Counted from the whole stretch's first letter, positions 13,607 through 25,153 are shown. The stretch: DNA of 63,938 bases, filler included, from Octopus bimaculoides (GCF_001194135.2; 10 parts of 7 records of this genome joined end to end with filler, not necessarily neighbours in it), one strand, 5' to 3'. Translations and numbers: made by a program. The notes: generated by a model not told the origin, from the letters alone.

Positions 13607-14048
13607 AGATATAGTAGGATACAGTAAAAGTGTAAGAGAGAGCAGAAGAGAGATGATGTAGTGCCAGGGTATACTCACAAGTAACAAGAATATGAGAAAA
13701 TAGGGAGTGGGTGTAGGGAGGCAATGATACAAGGAGCAGGGAAGTGAGGGTTAAGAAAGGGGATTGGAAAACAACCATAATGTATATGGAGGAAATGTGA
13801 GGAAGGGAAAGATGCAGTTAGAAGAGGAGTTGTAGTCTGATTTCTTAGGGTAGAGTGGGTGAAAAGCGTGTTGTTACATGTGGGTGGGACACAACTCTCC
13901 TAGCACTCAGTTGAAGTACATTAGGAAGGTGTTATCCCCAAAGACTGGTGTAGCAGTATTATAGTCAGCTGCTAGAAGGGTAAAGCTGATGCCTTAGATA
14001 GAAACAACTACAGAAGTATCATACTGCTGAATCAGGGCAGGAGTAGCA

Positions 14049-14640
14049 AGATTATACTTACCTGCAAAGGAAGGCTGAAGAGGGTTAATCTCAGCAGAAG
14101 ACTGCGTGGAGTTAGCTAGAGTAGATATAGACTCTTATGTGGGTAATAGGGAAGAAAGTTTATTAAAAACTGCTAGAGTTACAAGACAAAGGGAAACCAA
14201 AAACCCAAACGAAGTTAAAACCAGAAAAGAGAACAGAAATTTTCTGACTGGCAGGAGAAGGCGTTACATGATAGATTCCCGAAGATAGCTGCAGCAAATA
14301 GTAGTAGTGAGATATGGCTATGGTAGCAGAAAGGAAAGCTAAAAAGGGAGACAGAAAGTTTGTTAGTAGCTGCATAAGATCAAACATTAACGACTAATTG
14401 GATAAAAGCCACGTTAGACAAAAACTAAGTAGATTTCGAATGTAGATTATGCAATTCAAAAGAGGAAAGTGTTATTCATATAGTAAGTGAATGTAGCATG
14501 CTGGCACAGAAAGAATTCAAGAAAAGACATGACAATCTGAGGAGAGCAATCCACTGGAAGTTATGTAGAAAGCTATGATTTGAATATACTAATAAATATG
14601 AAAATGAACCTAGTAAAGTACGAGAAAGTAAGAAATACAT
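14049..14640 (+). mobile_element. R4/Dong-type restriction-like-endonuclease (RLE) LINE, 3' ORF fragment with CCHC zinc knuckle
   Basis: Translation gives RLYLPAKEG*RGLISAEDCVELARVDIDSYV..REESLLK...WLW*QKGKLKRETESLLVAA*DQTLTTN...CRLCNSKEESVIHIVSECSMLAQKEFKKRHDNLRRAIHWKLC. RLYLP..GGRGL, ETE...AAQDQ, CRLC....E...HI...C and RHD are hallmarks of this group. Confidence 0.85.
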
Positions 14641-15169
14641 GTTCAACAAATCGTGACGTCTAAACCAAACACCAATCAACTTAAATAATTTAGTGAAATC
14701 ACACACTGATTGGTCAGAATACAGTTTGCAAAAATTAACATTTTGGAGCCTATACAAATGTATTTAAGGCACACATTTTAGCCATCTCACTACAGTCGTA
14801 AATTGTAAAACATAACTGTTACCACTACTACATGAACCTGAAGATTGCATAGTTTAATGCATGAAAGTACTAGTTCAGTCAGAATGGACATTTAATATTC
14901 TATCATTTCATTATAGTATATGATCTTATATTATATTATAAGATTGTAAATAAAATGTGAAAATCAAAGTTGGAATTTCTTTGAGTAATATATATATATA
15001 TATATATATATACGTATGCAACTAGTATTATCCCACGCAAGAATACTCGAGCAGTGTGTGTGTGTATATNNNNNNNNNNNNNNNNNNNNNNNNNNNNNNN
15101 NNNNNNNNNNNNNTTAATTAATTAANNNNNNNNNNNNNNNNNNNNNNNNNNNNNNNNNNNNNNNNNNNN

Positions 15170-15790
15170 GATGCGTTTTGGTAAGCACCATGCATATTGC
15201 TTGATTGCATGTTACTAGGTCTTTCAAGTATAGGAACATGTCTTTGCCGCCTGTTCGTAATAGGCCCCGGATATTCAGTAGGAATATGGGTGTGATATCT
15301 GTGCAGGGGTTCCTGGTGTTAGCGGTGGCCATCCCTGATCCATCATCTGTGGTGGTCTTGGACAATGATTCGTGTGGCGTTGACTCTGTACCCTCTGCAT
15401 CCACGTTAACTGTTGTACCATTTTCTGGGCCACGCTTAAAAAAGCTTGCTGCTCAGCTACTGCAGTTCGTACAGCCTCTGCATACAACCTTTTTTGGGGA
15501 GCGGAAGGAATATACGGACTTCTCTCTTTCTGAGTCCTGTTGGTATTCGGTGGATTATGTGTACGTAGATTTAAGCTTTCTGGTCTTCCTTTTCTGCGCT
15601 CCCGCTTATTTTGTTGTAAGTGGTTATCTACCTTGTTTAGTTGGTGGTGTTTGGGATNNNNNNNNNNTTTTGTTGTAAGTGGTTATCTACCTTGTTTAGT
15701 TGGTGGTGTTTGGGATGGGCAAATTTGCAGTTTCATCCCTTTTCCCCGTGCCAGCAGGTACCATTTAGGTAGAATTTACAGATCTGTTTC
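15170..15790 (-). mobile_element. CR1/L2-group LINE, 5' fragment (ORF1 zinc finger to start of APE endonuclease)
   Basis: The minus strand reads [18 protein letters not shown] (CCCH-like ORF1 finger), then LYAEAVR..., then PIFLLNIRGL...K....LKDL.....ICMVLTKTH (APE domain I/II, normally LLNIRG...LTETHL). Confidence 0.7.
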
Positions 15791-15817
15791 TTATGTATAT
15801 ATATGTGCATATATATA

Positions 15818-15881
<64 letters not shown>

Positions 15882-16463
15882 GATCTATATGTATATATAT
15901 ATGTACATATATATATATAGATCTATATGTATATATATGTATATATATATATATAGATGTATATGTATATATATGTATNNNNNNNNNNNNNNNNNNNNNN
16001 NNNNNNNNNNNNNNNNNNNNNNNNNNNNNNNNNNNNNNNNNNNNNNNNNNNNNNNNNNNNNNNNNNNNNNNNNNNNNNGGAAAGCGGACGTTAAACGATG
16101 ATGATGATATATACATACATATATATATCAGGTCCATATATATACATATATATATCAGGTGCATATATATGTATATATACATATATATTTATATATGTAT
16201 ATATATGTAAAATGGAGATGATCAAGTGGTGGTATTCATAAACTTATAGACATATTATGTCTATTTATTTATTTTTTTAAAAAAGACAATTAGAGCAATA
16301 TACACACATGTATAACATACTATGCTTTACATATATAATATATAAAATATAAAATATAAAAATACCAGTAATTATTAAAATATATAACGTAGAACATAGA
16401 AAGTAGGATAAAATCTTACAGCTGTTTCAGCCAAGAGGCCATAGTACTTTTATGCACATATAT

Positions 16464-16494
<31 letters not shown>

Positions 16495-17086
16495 ATATAT
16501 CAGGTGATCTTTCTGGATGTGGATGCAATGATCAAAATTTTCTGTTACATAGATATTTGAATGAAATTGACATGTTCATATTATACAGCTATTCTTAAAA
16601 TGAAAAGAAATCACATCTTATATTAAGTGTGTTCTGTAATTTGAAAAAGTCTAAAATAGTTGAATAAATACAGAAAACTACGCGCGTTATCTTTACACCG
16701 TTTTTCTAATGGAAGCAGAATGTCAACTTGCTTCCCTTTTCCTATGTAAGTGTTACAAAACGTAAGATTATATATATCATAGGTATTGTGAATAGACAGA
16801 AACTTAATCTAAGCGTATAAGTATTTATTAGCATCTAAAAATATTCATTATCAGCACTTACTAGAAAAAATTGGCTTTGTGGCATTTTTATGGGAAAAGT
16901 TGTTAAAATATTACACTGAAAATGATGCAACAGTGTGTATTGCTTCCCTTGCACAGATTTTTTGTGTCATCTGCCACTGCTTGTTGTCTCATGCTAATTC
17001 TGACAATAAAAGTCTGAAACCTATGATGTCATTTAATTTATATTAAATATACAGAACATTAGAAGAATGATCTTATGAAAAATAAG

Positions 17087-17352
17087 TATTGGGTTGTCCG
17101 GAAAGTTTGTGCCGATTTTTAAAGGAAAGAAAAAGGTCAATAATTACTTACCAGTACATTTTTAATGAACCAAATATGAACCATTTTGTTGCACAATGCA
17201 TCTCCATCTTTCCTTTAACTTGAAAATACCCTCTTCCCAGAATTGGGGTGGTTTCATGGCAAAGAATTCAGCAAGGTATCTTTTTATGTCATCCAAGGAA
17301 TTGAAATTTTTACCATTAAGACGCTTCTGCAGAGACCTGAATAAGTGGCAAT
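17087..17352 (-). mobile_element. Mariner (mellifera-like) 3' end with terminal inverted repeat
   Basis: TATTGGGTTG terminus at 17087. The minus strand reads DIAPSDCHLFRSLQKRLNGKNFNSLDDIKRYLAEFFAMKPPQFWEEGIFKLKERWRCIVQQNGSY. Confidence 0.85.
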
Positions 17353-18227
17353 CTGAAGGAGCAATATCTAGTGAATATATATATGTATATATATATATAT
17401 ATATAGTGAGAATTTACAAAAAGACAAAAGACGAAGACAAGTGTGTAAAAAACAAACAGACATATTAGTACACTCTTCAACAGAAAGGAACACAGAAATA
17501 TACAGGGAGAGAAAATAAAAAAGGCTTTGTGGCTAGCGATCTATGATGGCAAATGCCGGACAGAGGGGTCACACAGGAGAGCTGTGAAGAAGGGGAGATA
17601 ATAAAGTAGTGGTGATCCCAAAACAAAAGTGCGCGTGCGTGTGTATGTGAGAGCATGTATGTGCATGTGGAAGGTGGCTGGTGACTTTGACATGTGTGTG
17701 TGTGTGCATGTGTAGGTGTGTGGATGATAGTGTAAGTGCTGGGAAGTGGTCAGAACTAGTGTGTGTGCTGGGAAGTGGTCAGTGCTAGTGTGTGCTGGAT
17801 GGTGTGATGTGGTGTGGTGTGTGAAGTGGTGGTGTGTGGTGTGGTGTGGTGGTGTGTGGTGTGTGGTGGTGGTGTTGGGGTTTGGGGNNNNNNNNNNTGG
17901 TGGGGTTGGAATCTGTTTAAAGAATGCTAAAATATAAATACTTACTGTACAAACAACTTACATTTTTGAAATCACACTCACTTAATTAAAATATTGTGTT
18001 TAACAAAAGTTAAAATAGAAACATTTACTGTAAAAAAACAACTCGTATTTATACCCCAAAAATCTCTAAAATTTTAAAAATGACATGTCCTATTTATGTG
18101 AAACTTGCTTTATTCTGTTTGCGTTAGCATTTCAGAGTAATGCGCCAGTTTGGCTTGGTAACACTGGAAGCAAACAAGACTCAATCTGACTTTTAATGTA
18201 TTATATGTATATGTGTGTGTGTGTATA

Positions 18228-18420
18228 TTCTCTTTTATTCTTTTATTTATTTCAGTCATTTAACTGTGGCCATGTCGGAGCACCGCCTTTAGTTGAACAA
18301 ATTGACCTCAGGACTCATTCTTTGTAAGCCTAGTACTTATTCTACTGCTCTCTTTTGGTGAACTGCTAAGTTACGAGGACATAAACACACCATCATCGGT
18401 TGTCAAACAATGCTGGGGGA
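18228..18420 (-). mobile_element. SINE family B copy (3' end ...GGTGCTCCAGCATGGCCGCAGTCAAATGACTGAAA...)
   Basis: The same sequence recurs at about 25290-25470, 32700-32835, 35205-35395, 47025-47215, 51140-51270, 59430-59700 and 60420-60495. Confidence 0.8.
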
Positions 18421-18459
18421 AAAAACAGACACACAAACACACACATACACACATATATA

Positions 18460-18600
18460 TACGATGGGCTTCTTTCAGTTTCCATCTACCGAATCCACTC
18501 ACAAGGCTTTGGTCAGCCCGTGGCTATAGTAGAAGACACTTGCTCATGGTGCCACACCCGGAAACATATGGTTGGTAAGCAAGCTACTTACCACACACCG
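18460..18600 (-). mobile_element. tRNA-type SINE family A copy (GTGGCTGTGTGGTAAG...GGTTCAGTCCC...GGAAACTGAAAGAAGCCC)
   Basis: The family has A/B-box-like motifs. It recurs at about 25515-25672, 33785-33925, 35635-35760, 52075-52240, 54245-54635, 57280-57415, 61640-61765, 62060-62180 and 63565-63710. Confidence 0.8.
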
Positions 18601-18916
18601 ATATATATGTGTGTGTGTGTGTGGGGGGGGNNNNNNNNNNNNNNNNNNNNNNNNNNNNNNNNNNNNNNNNNNNNTTAATTAATTAANNNNNNNNNNNNNN
18701 NNNNNNNNNNNNNNNNNNNNNNNNNNNNNNGACAAAGTTGGTGCTGTTGTTGTTAGAAGCCAGGATGAACGACATCCCACCCATGACCATCCTGTATCAC
18801 ACGCAAGCCAGGACCAGATTATCTGAAGCACATTTTTCCAACGTTCGTTGTTGTTTTGCAGAAGATATGACTGTTATTTCTAGCATATTGATTGATCGCA
18901 TGGCGGCTCTCGGTAT

Positions 18917-18954
<38 letters not shown>

Positions 18955-19513
18955 GGTGGTGGTGGTGGTGGTAGTAGTAGTGGTATTGTTGTTGTTGATA
19001 ATGGTAATGATGACTATGACGATGACGATAAATAGATACATACATAGATAGATATAGATATGTATATACATATATACATCCATAAATACACACACACATA
19101 TATATATATACATACATGTTTATAATCTACTTTAAATATTAATATTAGATTTTAACCTTGCGCATGTCACAAAGATGCATGAACGCCTCATCTTCTCAGA
19201 ACTAGCTTTAACATCAGAAAAACATACACATTTATATACATACGTATGTACGTATTTATAAATTTTTTGCGTTTGTTTTTCAAATGAAAGATATTGACAA
19301 ACCAATCAAATACTAAATTAATTAAGTGATTAACTATTTAATTATTGAATTAATTAATTTCTTAATCACGCAGTTAGCTAATGAGAAGGTGAATTACAAG
19401 CAACGGTGCCTTATTACTTGGTAAACTAACTTTCCGAAAGTATAAAGTTTGTCGTAAATTCCTAGTTCCGACTAATTTTTGTGTTGTCAGTGATGCTATA
19501 TAGCTGGCATAGA

Positions 19514-19991
19514 AAGGCGGAGAGCTGGCAGAACCGTTAGCACGCCGGGCGAAATGCTTAGCGGTATTTCGTCTGCCGTTACGTTCTGAGTTCAAATTCC
19601 GCCGAGGTCGACTTTGCCTTTCATCCTTTCGGGGTCGATAAATTAAGTACCAGTTACGTACTGGAGTCGATGTAATCGACTTAATCCGTTCGTCTGTTCT
19701 TGTTTGTTCCCTCTATGTTTAGCCCCTTGTGGGCAATAACGAAATAGGTATTTCGTCTGTTTTCGTGTTCTGTGTTCAAATTCCGCCGAGGTCGACCTCG
19801 AAAGGATGAAATATTTGGGGAGGGGGAGCCAGTCGATTACATCGACCCCAGTACGATACTGGTATTTAATTAATCGACCCATAAAGGATGAAAGGCAAAG
19901 TGGACCGCAGCAGAATTTGAACTCAGAGCGTAAAGACAGACGAAACACCGCTAAGCATTTTGCTCGGCGTGCTAACGTTTCTGCCAGCCCG
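19514..19991. mobile_element. Inverted pair of tRNA-type SINE family C copies (+ 19514-19745, - 19818-19991) with a partial third copy between them
   Basis: CTGGCAGAA(C/A)CGTTAGCACGCCG...GAGTTCAAATTC...GTCGATGTAATCGACT is present on both strands. Other copies are at about 30703-30905, 31545-31760 and 52790-53005. Confidence 0.9.
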
Positions 19992-20176
19992 CAGCTTGAA
20001 GAACAACCTCAGTTAATGTCCAAGATACAGATTTAACTATATACAGATATAACTAAGTGTAGAATCTCTATGAGCGATCACAAAATATTGTCAAGTTTAT
20101 TCATGACTTATAATGATAACAAGGATTTCGTTATGCATTTTCACATGTTGATATGGTGCGTGTAAGACAGTTTTGT

Positions 20177-20280
20177 GCAGCATTTAGGGTAATAAAGGTT
20201 GTGCGGCATTTAACGTAATGAAAGTTATGCGGCATTTAGCTTAATGAAGGCTGAGCGGCATTTAGCGTAATGAAGGTTAG
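20177..20280 (+). repeat. 26-bp minisatellite, four copies
   Basis: Units of the form GC(A/G)GCATTTA(G/A)(C/G)(G/T)TAAT(G/A)AA(G/A)G(T/C)TNN start at 20177, 20203, 20229 and 20255. Confidence 0.9.
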
Positions 20281-20981
20281 ATTGTCATCTCGCTACATGA
20301 GAAGGTTTGCAAATCTCTCTTCATTGTACCTAAGCTACATATGGATTACATGTTTATGAAGAAGATTAAGATGTAATGAGTTGATATGATTGCTAAAGGA
20401 GTATATGCAATTTCGGGGTGGAAATACGTAGGTTGTTTAATATATGAATGTCATAGTGGGGTGGGGTTGGATATACTCGAACCTCGAGGAACACCTGTGT
20501 CGACGAGGGTATCGTTTGGAAGAAACCTCGACAGAGAAAGTGCGTGCGTGCGTGTGTGTGTGTGTGTGTCTATCTATCTATCTATCTATTTGTTTGTATA
20601 TCTATCTGTCTATATATATAAATTGCATACACCCCACTACATCCCCATACACACAGTCTTTGGCTGGGCTTCACGACACTTATAAACAGCCCAGCCAAGA
20701 GCAAAGCTCGGAGCGAAGTGAACTGTCGTCTTTTAATATACAACAAACATATCTCTCCAGCCAATCTAACATACGAAGTTGTTTACCAGATAAGGTTTGC
20801 ATTACGTTAGATCACTACGGACGCACACACACACACACAAGCACACACACACACAAATTTACATTAATTGATGGCTAATATAATCTCTAGTGTACAAGAA
20901 CATCTGTACCAATCTACTTCCGATTCTGTGAACAGAATCACTCGGATCTAGTGACGTAATGCTTTCGTCGATTGGCCAGAA

Positions 20982-21059
20982 CACTGGTTCCCAACTGTGA
21001 TTCTCAACCCTTTTATTTAAATGAGTTTCCCCACAGGCCCCTTTTAGTATACTTATCCT

Positions 21060-21096
<37 letters not shown>

Positions 21097-21149
21097 ATGA
21101 AATTTTGTGGACAACCAAGGGTCCGCGGACCAGAGGTTGAGAACTACTG
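20982..21149. mobile_element. Possible hAT/Charlie-like MITE
   Basis: The left end has CACTGGTTCCCAAC / GTGATTCTCAACC and the right end has GGTTGAGAACTACTG (reverse complement CAGTAGTTCTCAACC), resembling CAGTGGTTCTCAA-type TIRs. No 8-bp TSD is visible. Confidence 0.45.
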
Positions 21150-21342
21150 ATTGGAGTGTTATTTATTGCCAATGTAATTCTTATAGTGTGTGTTAGTCGT
21201 TGTGCTACATAATGCTTATAATGCTGTGTATTGGTTTTAAATTCTGAGTAATATCTATAATGATGTGTATAGGCAATAGTTATGCCTATTGGCCAAAGTA
21301 CTATGCATTTGTCATAGTACTAGGTATTCACTATAGTACTGC

Positions 21343-21379
<37 letters not shown>

Positions 21380-21424
21380 TGTAAACATGCACACACACAC
21401 ACACACACACATTTTCTTTTCCTC

Positions 21425-21610
21425 AACAGGCTCTGCTCTATTAAACATTATCCTAAAACAGATCAAAAAGGAAAAGGATCCCATCATCTTTAAACGGAGT
21501 CAGGACAGATTTCTTCAAGGAATACCAGATAAGCCACCTATACCTGGATACACCACACTCAACAAGAACTCCCTACTCGAATGGACCATGATATCGCAAA
21601 AATTGACTTA
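21425..21610 (+). mobile_element. CR1/L2-group LINE 3' end
   Basis: ALLNIILKQIKKEKDPIIFKRSQDRFLQGIPDKPPIPGYTTLNKNSLLEW; homologous to 43003-43400. Confidence 0.75.
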
Positions 21611-21757
21611 AAGAGAATTTAGATAATCCTATCAGGTGGTGCTATTAAGGTAGACATGGCCTGGAATTAATCTTTGTTCGAAACATGTAATCTCATGTGG
21701 ACTGTTGGCGATTTTCTAATTCCGTTCTCCTTTTCTCTTGGACTTTCCTCTGTCTCC

Positions 21758-21794
21758 TGTTTCTGAAGAAGAGCTTTGCTCGAAACGTAAAACA
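21758..21794 (+). ncRNA. Minimal type I hammerhead-ribozyme-like motif
   Basis: TGTTT-CTGAAGA-A-GAGC ttt GCTC-GAAA-CGTA-AAACA. Stem I is TGTTT/AAACA, the core is CUGANGA...GAAA, stem II is GAGC/GCUC, and a palindromic ACGU stem III precedes a GUA cleavage triplet. Confidence 0.7.
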
Positions 21795-23247
21795 CCCTTT
21801 GTTTCCTTCCTTGAGCGTCTTATTAATACCACTTCCTCGAGTTGTATTTTTCGCGTTGTCCTGGAGGGTATATCAGCCGAAAGGCTGATATATCCTCCAG
21901 CTTCATCAGGTGTCTTGGGGAAATTTCGAACCTGGTTCTCATTCCTAAGGTATTTTTTCGATGTTATTATTGTGTGTTGTGTGTTAGTTTGAGTCACGCA
22001 GCAGTAGAGGAATGGGCCACGTTATAGTCAGTTACTATTAGTTTATATTTTTAAGGGATCTTCCTCCAGCTGGTTACGAGCAAAGAAATACTCATTTATT
22101 AGTTAAAATCAAATACACTCTTCATATAAATTGTTGTAGTATTTATTTATTTATTTCTGTTTACATTCCAATATATCATGTACTCCAAGTGTACATAGGT
22201 TTATGAGTAACCCGTAACCCGGACATAAATCTTGTGTACTTAACACTGATAACTAAAATACTTGATGAATAGTTTGAAACGGGGCCTGCATTTCGCATCT
22301 GGCCTGGGACCTATTATCATCTTTACACGTAGTTACAATACTGTGTAGGGTCTATAATAAAGAAGGTATCAATTCTTATGATTGAAGGTCAGAGATCTCA
22401 AGACAGGTCCATCGCTTCACCCCACACGCTGCGGTCTCGTGCCAGTGTTCTTCTCGCCCAGACTTTGATACCATTGTCCAAGCTTTGTTTTTTTCGTCCA
22501 CCCGTAAGCAAAAATTTCTATTCTTTCAGCTTCACCGAAGTGGTGCATAGAGCGATAACGCGATAACGTGACCAAAAATATTGCAGTTTTCGCCGTTCCG
22601 TCGGTCATCTTAACCAACCTTTGTTCCGTTCCCTTCTCCAGTAGGAATCAATCATCCGTTCTACGAGTCGGCCAAACAAACAAACCTGGAGTGCTCGCTC
22701 GGAGCGCGTTATCTGAAACGCCCTTAGTCGCTTGTTATCAAGCATTCAGAACGCGTTACCTCCAACGACATCAGCTGATTGTTATCAAGTGCTCTCAGGA
22801 TCCAAGAAAATAATAAGGTTTTGCTATATCTTGGGAAGGTCATTATGCCAATATCTATAAAATACCAACAGTAAAACATTGGGCTAATTCAAAAACTAAA
22901 CAACAATGAAACTCTTTGCTGCTCTTTCGATATGGGAAGGATTTTTGTTCAATTTTATAAGAAAATACTAAAAGCTTGATACTTTTAAGACCCGATGTTT
23001 CCAATAGTTTTAACTGACAGTGAACATAAACTGGTTGCGACAGCTGGACAATATTATCTTACAAGTTTTATCCATCACTAGTTCACACGGACAAACATTT
23101 GACCATTACCGACTCCAGCCGCACGACTTCAGCTCAAGTTGTAATAAACGTCGAGCTCTTTACACCTCTACACGCACACACATACACACACACTCGTACA
23201 TATACATACATTTTATCTATCTATCTATTTATCTCTCTCTCTCTCTC

Positions 23248-23313
<66 letters not shown>

Positions 23314-23466
23314 CATACACACACACAAACACATTAGTATATTTCATTCTAATATATATATATGTGTGTATATGTATACATATATATACACACACACATA
23401 GACAAATATATGCATATACGCATCTGTCTATCTATATATGCATATACGTATCTATCTATCTATCCG

Positions 23467-23514
<48 letters not shown>

Positions 23515-23517
23515 ACC

Positions 23518-23554
<37 letters not shown>

Positions 23555-24513
23555 TATAAACAATATATGAGTATATGCATATATATGTACATGTATGTAT
23601 ATACGTTCATCCACATGTACATATAGATACATAACTGGGTACATGACGTGGCAAAAGAACAAGGACAAGAAAGGTAAACAAGGTGCAACAAACAAGCAGG
23701 CCAGATAGAAACATCCCCTTCATCAGCTGCCACCATTAAAACTCCGGCGTTTCGAAGAATTAANNNNNNNNNNNNNNNNNNNNNNNNNNNNNNNNNNNNN
23801 NNNNNNNNNNNNNNNNNNNNNNNNNNNNNNNNNNNNNNNNNNNNNNNNNNNNNNNNNNNNNNNNNNNNNNNNNNNNNNNNNNNNNNNNNNNNNNNNNNNN
23901 NNNNNNNNNNNNNNNNNNNNNNNNNNNNNNNNNNNNNNNNNNNNNNNNNNNNNNNNNNNNNNNNNNNNNNNNNNNNNNNNNNNNNNNNNNNNNNNNNNNN
24001 NNNNNNNNNNNNNNNNNNNNNNNNNNNNNNNNNNNNNNNNNNNNNNNNNNNNNNNNNNNNNNNNNNNNNNNNNNNNNNNNNNNNNNNNNNNNNNNNNNNN
24101 NNNNNNNNNNNNNNNNNNNNNNNNNNNNNNNNNNNNNNNNNNNNNNNNNNNNNNNNNNNNNNNNNNNNNNNNNNNNNNNNNNNNNNNNNNNNNNNNNNNN
24201 NNNNNNNNNNNNNNNNNNNNNNNNNNNNNNNNNNNNNNNNNNNNNNNNNNNNNNNNNNNNNNNNNNNNNNNNNNNNNNNNNNNNNNNNNNNNNNNNNNNN
24301 NNNNNNNNNNNNNNNNNNNNNNNNNNNNNNNNNNNNNNNNNNNNNNNNNNNNNNNNNNNNNNNNNNNNNNNNNNNNNNNNNNNNNNNNNNNNNNNNNNNN
24401 NNNNNNNNNNNNNNNNNNNNNNNNNNNNNNNNNNNNNNNNNNNNNNNNNNNNNNNNNNNNNNCAGATATGCATTAATTCAAACTACATATTTTCATAATT
24501 ACTGCTGCTGCTG

Positions 24514-24579
<66 letters not shown>

Positions 24580-25077
24580 ATGCTAAGTTCTGATAATTTC
24601 AAATGTACGCTATACCGATTGAACCGAAATTAATACACTTACTACTGAGAAAGTATTAACTGAGAAAAATTGAGAATAGGAAAGGTTTTGCACATCACTG
24701 TGGACAGAAAAAGGGATCATCCGATTTAGTTCCTGCTTTAGTTCCATGTTGACCGAAAGAAGTGAGCGGCCCTCGATTTTTGTTTTAGTTGGATCCCATT
24801 TCTGTCCACGGAGAGATACCAGTCCGCAACGCTTCTTTGCATTTCGTAGCGTAGGTTAACAACACCTTTCTTTAAAAAAATAGTACACACATATATGTAT
24901 ATATGTATTTATCTATCTATCCATCTATCTATCTGGCTAACTTTATATACATATCATAAATACATACATACACACGCAGACACACACACAAACATGTTAT
25001 ATGTATATATACATACATACATACATATATATATATACTTCTATCTCTCTATTTTATTTATTCTTTCTTTCTTCTTC

Positions 25078-25153
<76 letters not shown>

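Noticed and set aside
13600-14045. Purine-rich unique-looking block, suspected PLE pLTR
   Set aside because: I could not recover a convincing protein or ribozyme motif, so it is left unclassified.
14054-14064. ATACTTACCTG matching the U1 snRNA 5' end
   Set aside because: It is part of the RLYLP codons of the R4-type LINE, and no U1 body follows.
15609-15716. 49-bp direct repeat across a 10-N gap (also 38066-38166)
   Set aside because: This is the typical contig-end overlap at minimal gaps.
22691-22708. GTGCTCGCTCGGAGCGC resembling the U6 snRNA 5' end
   Set aside because: There is no downstream U6 sequence (no ACAGAGA box or internal stem-loop).
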